A program made the position numbers and the translations under genes. From Tubiluchus corallicola (taxonomy: Eukaryota; Animalia; Priapulida): a stretch of DNA of 64,000 bases. Below, piece by piece: positions 52,211 through 64,000 of the stretch. The stretch's first letter is position 1. Each line of letters opens with the position of its first letter. The DNA lies in the NCBI GenBank assembly GCA_030141605.1, contig JAQGDQ010000084.1, forward strand, positions 310,001-374,000, in the 5' to 3' direction. Below the pieces are notes generated by a model. It was not told where the DNA came from. It saw only the letters and a program-made list of their open reading frames with translations, and searched no databases.

Positions 52211-52372
52211 CTCCTGTTTCATAACACTGTCGTTGGGTGTGGCCCGTTCAGATTTCAGCTCAAGAAAGGACGTGTTGAGTTCGTTCATTATGCTGTTTGG
52301 TAAAGCTTCAACTGCACCCTTCGTATGAGGCATTATAACCTGTCTTTGCGTGATAGGCATTATAATATCCAT
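52211..52372 (-). CDS. KLF3/8/12: KLF3/8/12-like transcription factor, first coding exon (MDIIMP...VMKQE, 54 codons)
   Basis: Acceptor catacAG at 52384-52383, ATG in good context (atcATGg), donor GAG|GTGAGT at 52210; phase 0 matches the next exon. Start codon is inferred; the frame is open back to the acceptor. Confidence 0.8.
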
Positions 52373-52460
52373 GATGTCACACCTGTATGAATATTTATAC
52401 GTTACAGATGTCTACCCATATTATTCACTTTAATCCTTTCTCCAGAAACTTATTACTAGT

Positions 52461-52999
52461 TTAAAGGAAAGCACAAGTCAAACGCAATGTTGGGTTTATT
52501 TCACTGTTATCACATAGATTTAGAGAAATGTAACAAAGAAATTTGCAAAGAAACTTTCTATAAAGCACAAATTAAGAATATACTGCCTCTGAATAGAAAT
52601 TTTCGGGCGTGGTGGATGCCGCCTTTCGCTTGAAAATTATGATTTAACTGGGGGACTTCGTGACTTTCCGTAAATGCGCTGCTTAAACTAGTTTAGACTT
52701 CTGCAGCTCACCTAATATTCACGCAAAAAGATAGATTAGCTATCTATTTTTTTGTAAAAACTTCTTATACTTTTGACAAAGATTGACAGTACGCTACTTT
52801 TCTTCAAGATGAATGACGTCATTGGTGAAAGAATGGGTATTGAAAACGGGAGCACCCAAGCATGAAGTGATAGTAACTTTATAGTGATTTTACTAGTTAC
52901 ACTACGTGCTTATTGCAGTTTTACTACTAAATCCTTCCAACACTTTTTGCGAACATTGAAATAAGCCTGACCTCCTAGAAGACTTGACTTTTCCTTTAT
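52461..52999 (-). mobile_element. K1 family copy ~80 bp upstream of the first KLF coding exon
   Basis: TTAA|AGGAAAG...TTTCCT|TTAT; homology. Confidence 0.82.
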
Positions 53000-54620
53000 T
53001 GGTAATAAAAAAGTAATCTTCACATATAGGTCAGCCAGAGCATTCAGATTTCAAAGAAAATCATTCTACCGCCACAAACTAATTTAAATTCTGTCTTTCA
53101 GCGATTTTTTTTGGTAAATTTAATTCTGGATTCACACCTTACACAGGTTAACTTTTAAACCATAAACACTTTGGCAAGTGACCTGAATGTTGGTATCCAC
53201 AAAGTAATTTACATATTACAGCAATGGCAGTGCAGTTATCCAGTTAATCCAGCGATAAACCGAAGTGTTAAACTCCAATGCAACACACTGTCGTATACAC
53301 TTTAGCTTATGGATATTTTTTTTATTTCTGCACCTAACTAAGTCCAATAAGATTTGGAAATTATTATCAACACATCAAATTAATGTTGCACTGTGTGCTT
53401 TACTGAATTACCGGCAGATTTTAAAAGAAAAAGGGATGATTTTTAGACAACATCTCATTTGACCAGCGGTCTAATATGTTCATTTTATTACTTACGATAA
53501 CTATCGAAAAGGCTCTTACAGCAAAAGAGGCCAATTACTGTTATAATTTATATAAAGGTAGGCGAGTAAAGTATCAATGATGACATCACAAATGGGAAAA
53601 ATCCAGGAGAAAATCGGTGGCAAAATTTAATAACTTATTTGAACTAGTGGAAACGTAATCCACATTACCAGGCAACGTAGTAGATAACTGCACTGTTGCC
53701 ACACTGTTATGTGAACATATCTCCTATCTACAAATTCTTTTCACACGCATTTTTTGATATGTTTTATACGCATACACAAGACTGGAAAGTAAGAAGCAGG
53801 CAAAAATAAATAGTAGGCCAACAGCACTGCAAAAAATAGTTACACATCATACTCCATGAATGCAAATTATATATATATGGTACGTAAGATGATGCCTTAA
53901 AAATAAATTTTTCAAGATCTATAATTTTTCAAAATCAATAAACAATTTTTTAAACAACACTGGCATAATGTACCAATTTTCAATTTATCTGAGTTATTTC
54001 AATTTATCTGAATTAACATAAACTACAGTATTGTTACAGATTCAGCAGATGATCATACACAAAATAGGTATTGCCAATAATGTATCCGTTTGTCAACTTG
54101 TTAACATAAACAAAAGATTAGATTATGTATGTTTTAAGGAGATCAAGGAAGCTGCAGCTTATAGGGGTCACTCAGAGGGCAATATGGGGATGTTTATGAA
54201 GATAATTATGACAGTTTATGACTAAAATGGTGCAAATATTCAAAGCTTATGGTTAACATGTTAGTAAAATAAATGGAGAGATTATTGTAATGGTTATTTT
54301 TCCTGTTCTGCACACTGATGTACATTTAAAATTACGATAGCATTTATTATGCTAATAGCAGTTGATGATAATTTGTGATATTCTGAAATAGACCTGTGCA
54401 CGGTAATAAATCAACTGACTTCGATCCCATAAAGGTTTGTCAAGCATAAAGTTATAAAATGGCATCGAAAGCGCGTCTTTGAATTCGAAATTCATTTTAA
54501 AACATGGACCAATAAATGTTTCACAAATTTCAGTTATGCGTATATTTCAAAAATGTACTTTTAAACTTACACTCAAATATATATAATATAGGTGCATTTC
54601 TTATTTCAGCTGCTATATGT

Positions 54621-55230
54621 GTGCTTGCAAACCAAAACCATCCACACATCGGCATAGCTAAAACTACGTTATGATGCTTCAAAGTAGAAAGCACCAAAAA
54701 TTTGGTCAAATGTCGATTTTTTTTTATGAAAACTAAATATATCGGACTTTTATATTCTAGCTAGCATCAAATTATCAGGAAAATGTCCAAAAAATACCAA
54801 AAATCTAATTTTATAACTCCTTACTCACTTTTTCTGTTTAGAAACTAATAATGAAATTGTAAAAAAAACTTGTATTTTCCAGCATTTTGCTTCGGGTTTT
54901 TTATGTTGACAAGACCAGATCTTCGTCAGGAAGAGCCATCTACTGGATTTAAACATAACTTCAATGTGCTCTTGTAAAGTCCAGTGTTGCTAAGTGTTTT
55001 GTAAAAACATGACAAAAAACAATGGCTGACTTTAACAGCGATTTTCTCAAGGTTAGGTAATTCAGTGCGTAGCCTGCACCTCCATTTCAACGTGAATTAT
55101 TTCAGCTTAGAAATAGCACAGAGTGATGAGCTTGGTATCAAAATGATCCTCATGAAATGGAGATATAGGATATGTGAATAACTAGAAAAGCTTAATTGCC
55201 TACTTATGGACAAATTTGCCATGCAAGCTC
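54621..55230 (-). mobile_element. MITE family P, inverted relative to 42798-43386
   Basis: TIRs and reverse homology. Confidence 0.8.
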
Positions 55231-55445
55231 ACATATAATTCCATATTAGAGGCCCATGATATTTTATTGAAAATTTTCTTAAGCTGGTGTTGCAATGCAT
55301 GAAGTGATAATTAGACTTAGTCCGAGTATTATATGAATGCATTTCAGAGTTAAGGGTAAAATGTCTTTGAAACAAGGGAGGCAATAGTTTATTATGAACT
55401 TTAAACATAAACACAGCTGTTTGCAAATACTTAATATCGAAAAGG
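55231..55445 (-). mobile_element. L2/CR1-type LINE ORF2 C-terminal fragment
   Basis: Encodes FMFKVHNKLLPPLFQRHFTLNSEMHSYNTRTKSN...FSIKYHGPLIWN, with the typical HxYNTR and GPxIWN motifs. Confidence 0.8.
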
Positions 55446-55645
55446 GAAGATGCCTGCCATTGCACAAACTGTGGTTAGTTTCTGACGTAAGCAAAAGCTG
55501 TGTTCGGTTACCGTTTAATTAACTTTCTAAGCTAATTATTCAAATATAAGAAGCAACTGTTAATTTTTATAGGCAAGAAAATGTATATTTTGGACAGTAA
55601 ATTAAAATGAGGTAGAGTCTAATCAATCGCCCGGTCTTCCTTTAA
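55444..55645. mobile_element. K4 family terminal fragment
   Basis: Homologous to 38736-38837 + 39347-39451. Confidence 0.72.
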
Positions 55646-55849
55646 GATTACTGGCCAAGACAAAATATGGATGATCACGTTCTCATGCACAGCTGAATAT
55701 TTTGACTAATGTGAATGTCTTTAAAACAACAAGTTAAGAGAATGTATTACCACCTTGTAAGATGCCGAAATGAGTCAAGTAGTTTTAGCAGTTTTAGGAT
55801 CCTAGACCAAGTACCTCTTTAAGCCTATATTCTAAAATGTAAAGTAAAC

Positions 55850-56724
55850 TAGGGATGTTACCGAAAAGCGAAAATTTCATTTCCTCTTGCCGATAATTGC
55901 ACTTTTGGTTCACTCAAAAGTTATTAAGTTTTGTATAAAGTCACTGACAGAAAACATCAAACTGCACAGATATAAGCAAAATAAACTATTTTATTGAAAA
56001 CAGTAAACAAGTTTCATGGCAACAAAATCATCAGCTTAAGATGCTGATGTTACAGACGGCTTACAGCAGGGAAGCTCTGTTTGGGCAGAGGCTACCAGTT
56101 AAGTAGTAATGCCTATGTCACAAGTAGAAAGTAACCAGAGGGGAGTGTTGGCACAATTGAAGCCATAGTGCTCTTACATTCGTAGCCAAAAATTTCGATA
56201 ATTTTTGCTTGCATTTTTTCCGAGGTTTCAGTAATATTTATCTAGCTTACCTTTTTTCTCCTAAAAGTTAAAAATCGCTGAAAAATTTTGTCTAAAATAG
56301 TTCAAATAAAGTGTAAATATCATTTATTTAACTTTTTGTACCATTTGTAGCATGCTTTTTACGGCAATGTGGCATATCTTCACTGCTGACGACTACGAAG
56401 CTTTAAGGTCACCAGGCACAATCAACCGAAATATCAAAGCGTAATTTGAATAAAACCCCGTTCAATTTTAGAATTTATGAAATATAGGCAACAAAGTATT
56501 TATAAAATAAAATTTGTCAATTTTTTTTACGCTTCAGGATCTTTAACCATAAACATTGTACTTCAGTCAAGCTTAACAAAACTTAGCAAATATAAGCAAA
56601 CAAAATAAAAACCGAAGTATTTTATTTATTTTTCAGATTTTTTTCAGTTTTAATAATAGTCGGTCTTGCAATATTTTATAAATTTCGGTTTCCGTTTGTA
56701 ATTTCAGTTTCGGGAATATCCCTG
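55850..56724. mobile_element. hAT-like MITE (TAGGGATG...TATCCCTG)
   Basis: Imperfect TIRs tagggatgttaccgaaa / tttcgggaatatccctg; no clear TSD. Confidence 0.5.
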
Positions 56725-58448
56725 AATGTATTACAAAACTTTTACAGTAGGAGATCTGAATAAATTGATATAATGTAGTTTACAATAGTTTTCTCTCCAT
56801 AATAAAAAACTCTCAACTGATGTAGAAATTGGCACGACTTATGATCTTTATTGGCTAGTATTGTAAAATCACTGTGTGTGTGTAGTGTACAAGCGAGTTA
56901 TTTTTTAATGTTCACCAGGCTAAATAAATGTTAATAAAATTTGTATAAGTTTGGCCAAAAACGTAACAGATATACAATAAAATTAGTTTCGCAAACGCTA
57001 TAACAAACACACAAAATAGTATTGAAAATTTATAAAAATGTCAGACCATTGGTTGAATATTGTCTCCTGTGTGGTTTAGATGTTGGAGAAAATGTTCAGC
57101 ATTACTTTACAAGACGCCTTTGTAATAGATGTGGAATTAATTACGAGTCGTATCAACATAGATTACTAAGTCTGAGTCTTAAATCATTACAATAAAGATG
57201 CATAATTTCTGATTTGTGCATGTGTTACAAAATTATGCATAAGAATGTTGATTTAAACAGGGAAACATTTTTTACCAAAGCTTTAAATAATAAAACTAAG
57301 AATAATCACCCGTTAACTCTTTGTAACGCGTACATGTAAGACACATTTTCATGAATTTTTCTCAAATCGTGTTGTTCCAATATGGAACTCATTGCATGCT
57401 TCTGTAAATGATTTGCCATTAGCTACTGCTGGAAATGTTACGTTATTTCGTAAAAGACTTGAACATGTTGACTTAACAAAGTTTCGCAAATTCGAAAGAC
57501 ACATGTGAGTAGCTTTGCTCTGATAATAGTCTTAAAAAAATGCCAATTGCGTGGTATGCTAGTATTGTACTGTATTTTTATTTTTTATGAATGTCACTAA
57601 ACTAAGCAATAAATAACATATCGGTGTCAAAATAAAACATTATAGCTTACACATATAGCAACCAACTAGGCCCTGTAGGTAGTAAACTGTGTGTGTTTCA
57701 TGTAAAATATATACAAGTAAATTTATACGTGAGGTTTTTATTATTTTTAGCTTTGAAGGACATTGTTCAAAAACTTGAAGCAGAGTTAACATAAAATTTA
57801 CTAGCTATATATAGGCACAGTAACTTTTTAACTTGAGCAGACAGTATTACTGCTACAGCCTTATTTTGTTTAGAATTAATTTCTGCTCCATATAAAAAGA
57901 ACAAAAAAGTCTAAGATTAAATATATCATGTATGAATGATGCAATGCAGCACAAAAGCCATCAAATTTCCTAAAAGGATAGTCACAGGTGCACTGCATTG
58001 ACTGGGCCTGGTCTAGGCAACTGTCTGCACAGTAGGACTATGTGTGGAAGCAGAGGCAAAATTATCGTTGAATGAGACATTCACAATTTTAATACTAAGT
58101 ACACCTTCGAGAGAGGTGAACAGCAACCACAGTCCAGAAAACCCTACCAGCTAATTAATTCTATAGCATTGCTTCCAGGCGAAGTTGTCGCTCATTTTTA
58201 TATGGATTTGTATTTTTATAGCATGGTGATTTTAGTCCACACTAAAAGAAAAAAGACGCGTTTGAAAAGCTACAATTTACCGAAGAAGCCCTTTGACAGG
58301 CTAAGCAATGTTGAAGCACGGCTTCAGAAAATGAGAGAACGCTAGAGCGAGTTGGTGTGCTAGGACAGCGACAGTAGCTTTAACTAAAGCTTTGACTTCT
58401 ACTAGCAAAATGAACTGCCTGCAAGACGTAATTTAAAAAACTAATTAC

Positions 58449-58605
58449 CTTCATTTTGCAGTCCAGAGTCATTTCTTGGGGACGCGAAAACAAGATAAAA
58501 GTTAAAACCATTACGACACCGCAGCCATGACACACCCTACATCCGGGCTCTACACAGCGCCACACCCTGCCACGCCCTCATTCACGTGCTTTCGCCCACG
58601 CTCCA
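58449..58605 (-). promoter_or_regulatory. Candidate KLF promoter / first exon with clustered CACCC/GC boxes
   Basis: gacacaccc 58529, gccacaccc 58559, gccacgccc 58569, E-box cacgtg 58583, cgcccacgc 58593 in a GC-enriched patch; minus-strand donor AAG|GTAATT at 58448. Confidence 0.5.
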
Positions 58606-60689
58606 AAGTTCACTGCTCAGTATCGACGCTGCTGTCTGCACTCAATGTGTACCATTAAGGCATAGAAAGCTTCGGCGGCTAATAAAAATATTAAGTTTGA
58701 TAAACAAATACTTAAAAATTTATCGTAATACGGTAGTTGGCAGTAGCTATTTTCGTGAAAAACGCATAAAACAAACGTAGAATCGCACAAACAGTCAAAC
58801 ACTCCAGTATTAAATTTATGAGTGCCTGTAAGTCTCTCAACACAGTTTAGCTCAGTATAGCTACATGTTCATCTATCAATCAGTGAAATGAAGGAGCAAA
58901 TTCGTGCTAAAATGGCCATTTAGTCGACATTAGGTTAGTTTTTATATTTTAGGGAGGCCACTACCAAATCTCCAAAAAGGTGGATACACCCGTACCATGT
59001 CTTCAGAAAGGAGACAGCCTTTGTGCATATAAGATCACATAATCACACAAGTTATTGCATTTAAACAATTTTGTATTTTTTTGTGTTTTTTTTTGTTAGT
59101 GTCACTAAGTCATGTGATACTGGTCACACTGCAGTACTGTTGTCAATAGCAACTGCATAAAATTATAATAATTTTAAGTTAGACAGCGGAAACTGGGTGG
59201 TTTAGTGCCTCTCAGTTCCCAAACTTCTTGCCACTTAAAACTTTCAAAATATGTAAAAGGCAGTTCATATATTTTTAGACAGAATTCAAAAATAACTAAT
59301 TGATGTCATTGTTATAGTTAAGAAAGGCGCAAGACAGAGTGCTCAACATCAGAACTGTTGGCTTCCAAAAATAAGTCTGATAGTTTGTGGGTAGCAGCTA
59401 TGTTATAATGTAAAGCTGAAATCACATAATATATATGAAGCCTAATAGTAATAACTATCTGGTTCTTATAAAGCAGTGAAAAGAAACAGAGATTAACAAT
59501 TGTTTACTACGTCTAGTCAGGTACACAATGATAAATAAAAGCAACAAAAGAACGATCATGTAATAACACTAATTTATTTTTAACAGTAGCAAAATAATAG
59601 TTACGAATAGTATAGCTCATTAAAATCGGCAATCTACAGGCGTGTTATATTGTACTATGCAAAATAGTGATAATAATAACAATGAAGCAAATTTACAGTG
59701 CAGCCCATTTTGGTAAGCTATGCGTTTGGCAAAATGATGTGATCTGCATAATATTTAACCAACTAACAATCGACAGCCACTTGCTTGTTAAACCATTAAG
59801 TTTTTAACAAAAACTCTTACAATGTTTGCATTAATTTAAAACAAACTTGGAAGGTCCAAAGTCTCCAATCTGAAGTACTATAGATGTGTATTATAAAATA
59901 GTAAATTCAAAATACGTGACACCATCCAGACCTAAAGATAGGCACTCAGACAAACAGTTAAAAATATTACTGTAGTTTTAATAGTACAATTCTGAAAAGC
60001 CGGCTTATCCAAAAACCAAACAATCAGCAGAAAGGCTTTGTAAATGTCAGTTATTCATAATATCAATAAACAGTTGACAAGAACTAGGATTAATCAATCT
60101 CAGTCACAAACTAATTAATAATCCAAGTCAACTAACTGATCAGCATGTTTATTCAAATTTACCACTTAAAAGTTAGACGGCACAGGTTTTAGTAGGTGCA
60201 AATGAAATACACTTTAAAAAATAGGCTTCTTTAGGCATTTTTGGCATAATATATTAAATGCATTAATAGGCATTTAAACATTTTCTAATATGTTTCGACT
60301 GTCTGAGTTAATACAGTAATAGCGGAGAGAAATCATTTCTGTGTGCATAAGATGCACCATCCACAACATAAATTTAACTGCAGTCTAAGACTAATGTTAC
60401 CAAATCTTACTTTTTGTGTGAAGTTCTAAGAGACTCACTGTTACATTTGCATTGCATAATATGATATAATGAAAATTTCTGATGCAATTATAAATAATTA
60501 CTAAGTACACTTAATCACAGTAAGTAATTAAAATAAATTAAGTAACTGAAATGGTTGTAGAAAAAGTCTTAATAATGGTAAGGATGTTAAAATAACATTT
60601 GCGACTATATTTGTAAAAATGCTGAACTGATACGCTTGCATAAATAAAATGGAGGAAAGGAAAATAAACATTTTTAACCGGAACGCAAG

Positions 60690-61129
60690 CAGGGCCAGAT
60701 TTACCAAAATGTATAGTAGGCCATTAGCCAAGGGCCACTGAAACTAATTTGTTGCACAACGTGCCAACGTATTATTTTGTTTCAAATGCAAACCGGGTAT
60801 TTCATCATATAATATATTCAGAACAATAAGGTCCCCTGTACAAGAAGTAGAAGGCTAGGAGTAGTGGGACCCCCGTACAATAAATATAGGGTCCGGAGTA
60901 CGGGGCCTCTGCATTATAGTTTTGTGCTGATTGTGTTGAAGTTTGCATTTCTTACATTATAATATTATGGCAAAATGTAGTATTTGTTGACATTTGGCTG
61001 TTGCAAAAAAATTACAGTAAGAAATATATAATTATATTTTTGCTAATGAAATGTGCCAACATTTGTATAAATTTGGAGACCCATTGATAAGTCTGGCCTA
61101 TGGCCCACAAAGCAGTAAATCTGGCTCTG
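60690..61129. mobile_element. hAT-like MITE
   Basis: CAGGGCCAGATTTAC...GTAAATCTGGCTCTG; TSD AACGCAAG/AAAGCAAG (7/8). Confidence 0.8.
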
Positions 61130-61200
61130 AAAGCAAGTAACTCTTAATCAACCACGAGACTGCAAATTACCCCCCTCCCAAATTCTCATTATTTTCCTAG

Positions 61201-61581
61201 AATAAGCCTTTTCACAGTTTCGTTATCCTCACCCACAGTTACTGTAGGTCAAAGGTTAAGTGTACCACAGCAACGCGTCTTAACTACAACCACGTAAAGT
61301 GATGTGTGTAAACAAAAATCGTCTGCCGCATCAGTTCAGTAACTCCACTTAAGTGGCTTTTACTTAAAAAAGTATTACCTTGTGCATAGAGTGATTTACT
61401 AGCAGGATCTTGTTTGGGAACAAGAAAAATGAACTAGGTAAGGTTCTAGCTAGGTTAAAATGGTTACTATTAATAGCATGGACTGCAAAGTGTTGTCAAA
61501 TGTACACAAACGCGTTGTCTGGTACACTCAACCTTTGACCTCACGATCATCATCAATCGCTGGAAGTGTGAAAGGGTTATT
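61201..61581 (+). mobile_element. MITE family M
   Basis: TIRs and homology to 9678-10041. Confidence 0.82.
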
Positions 61582-62666
61582 TAAATGACATAGATACAGT
61601 CTACATGGTAAGTGGAATCTTCTATTGTGACAAATTGGAATTCTTTATACAAATGCATTACGACAGATGGGGGGAAACAGTTCATCTATGCTAAAGGGAT
61701 TCATTTACTACTTTAATTCCAGAAAATCAAGAAAAACACCGTTCCATGAATGCTAGAAAATTTTGTCTGTAAAACAGAAAAAAACAAAATTGGCATTTTC
61801 TGTGGAAAAACACGCATTACTGAAACAGGAAAGGAAAAAAACAGATTAATGAAATAACAGTTTGATGGCAGACTAGAAGTGCCTACAGGTGCGACTACTA
61901 GCGGCACTTTACAATGTATGTTAGCAAATATAAAAAATAGCAAAAATGGAAGCAACTTTAGTTAATTAAGCTACAAAAACATCTTACCTAAATAATAATT
62001 TAGTAAAAACAATTACACACTTTATAAAAATATTATCGAGTGACAATTAAAAGCACATTTAAAGTTCCCACGTAAGCATGGCCAATGCAATGACTTAACT
62101 ACTTAAAACAAATGACTTAAGTACGCAAAAGTAATTACGTACGGCGACGAACACACAGCCTACTGTGGAGGTAAAAGTGAAATACAGGCCATCAGATCAA
62201 AATTATAATATTTGTAATAGAAAATAAATTAAAGTTTCACAACAGATTTAATAAATTGGCATGCCACTCAAGTATTAAATTACTATTTACATTTTCACAC
62301 GAATAAAATATTTCTTATTAATAATTATAAAACTAGCTAAGACAAAACAAAAGAAAAACTAATCAACCATCGACCACGAATATCAGATCAGCAAGCATAT
62401 CAATGCATGAATAGCTATAGCAAATTACTTGATCTCACGTCACACTATATGAATTGCACAGAATTTGTACCCAAGTAGGAAGTTAATTGCATTCACAGAT
62501 GTATCGCATTAATTAAACACTCTACATCATTTACACTTTCAGAAGATGCCTAAAATTATTCAGCTTTACTTTTTCTTATCACTACACGTTGGACGCCCAG
62601 AAAATCTGGCAAAGCGAGGCAAAAGATTTCTTGTACTTATTACTGGGTCAGAACAAACAGTGAGAA

Positions 62667-63188
62667 CAGCGGCGGCTCGTGTATAGGCACTGTGGAACTG
62701 CAGCACCCCCTATTTTCACTCAATATTATTGATTATATTCAATATAATGAGTTTTTGCTTAATTCTTTCTTTATACTTGTACGGAACCAAAGCATGTGAC
62801 GGAACTGTGCGGTTATCAGCTCCATCGACATAGTGTTTGGCTGTTGAGCAAATGCGGCCATGCGCACATGTCTAAGATAAGAAGCTGCAAGCTAGGTAGA
62901 GAAAGCACTGTCACTCACATAGTGTCAAACAAGGAGAAAATTATTAATCTTTTTGCACAAAGTCAAACAAGAAGAATGGATTTTGTTTTAAATGAATGGA
63001 CTTAAATTAACTTAATAAATTAATAAAATAGATTAACTTAGCTTGAACTGCAACATTTTAGGCTAGTAGTAAGTAAAAAAATATTTTTTGTTTAAGATTT
63101 TATCAAATTTTCTTTTTATATGTTTATTTTGTTTTACACAATATTAAAACAATGGTAAAAACTTCCGAAGTTGCAGCAGCCGTCACTG
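62667..63188 (+). mobile_element. MITE family N
   Basis: AGAA|CAGCGGCGG...CCGTCACTG|AGAA. Confidence 0.78.
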
Positions 63189-63368
63189 AGAAAGGTTCAG
63201 ATTAACATGCAAATATTGCAGTGTAGAAATACCAAGATGTACGCTAGGAAAAGTGGAGTAATGCAAATGTACTATTATTTTTACATTGTTATAACATCAT
63301 AATGCAGAAGTTCGGGTTCATTTTGCACAAGACAATAAGTGCTATTCAAAACGTTCAACAAGGCGATC

Positions 63369-63988
63369 TTAAAACAAAACCGGACCCAACCTTACAGTGA
63401 AGGTCAAAATAATAGACTCTTTATGAAAGAAAACATACTATTTTTTCAAAAATCACTTACATGAAAGAGTTATTATCACACAAACACAATTTCACGTTCG
63501 CGCCACTAATTCTTCGCTGTTACATGCATTTTGCCATTCTCTAGTTAGGCAGGCACTAGGGCTTGCATTTCAGAAACGTTTTGCACAAAAACAGGTGCTA
63601 TACCTTTCAGTTCAGAGATGTTCATTTGTGATGTACTGCACACGCTCAACAGCTCATGTGTGAACACAGCGGTAAATTTGTAATTTGAATTTTTATCTTA
63701 AAACTTGCCGAGTTTTAGTACAACACACGGAATATCTTACAGTAGCAATGCACTTCAATTTTTGCTTTCACAAACACGTGCAACACGTTCGTGGAATATT
63801 TGTGCTTCTGAGAATAATGTTAATTTGTGATGTTATCAATAGTTGAGCTCACCCGCCGTTAATTAAGATTTTAATCTATTATCTAATTATCAAAAACACT
63901 TTTGCAGTATTAATTATGCTAAAATATATACTTTTTATCGGACTTGACAATGGGGTGGTATATGAAAAATCATCCTGTTTTCCTTTAA
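63369..63988 (-). mobile_element. K3 family copy, near full length
   Basis: TTAA...CCTGTTTTCCT|TTAA; homology. Confidence 0.82.
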
Positions 63989-64000
63989 GAATGTCTTTTA

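Overview
This is an AT-rich, repeat-dense eukaryotic window, probably from an invertebrate animal. It holds one well-supported protein-coding gene: a minus-strand Kruppel-like factor of the KLF3/8/12 group with a PVDLS CtBP-binding motif and three C-terminal C2H2 fingers. I reconstructed its CDS by hand as join(complement 52372..52211, 51793..51676, 49077..48963, 47320..47082, 44639..44467) = 807 nt / 268 aa, with GT-AG introns and consistent phases. A CACCC-box-rich candidate promoter and first exon lie near 58.5 kb. The rest is non-autonomous DNA transposons (TTAA/AGG Kolobok-like, hAT-like, Tc1/pogo-like, Harbinger-like, a Helitron), LINE 3' fragments, tRNA-derived SINEs, a Penelope-type terminus with a minimal hammerhead ribozyme, microsatellites and minisatellites. 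Most long ORFs in the supplied track are artefacts of simple repeats. The most unusual structure is a 17-copy 29-bp array built from the KLF finger-1 splice junction, in which most units read GT...AG. All family assignments are by-eye motif recognition, not database searches, and repeat boundaries may be off by a few bases.
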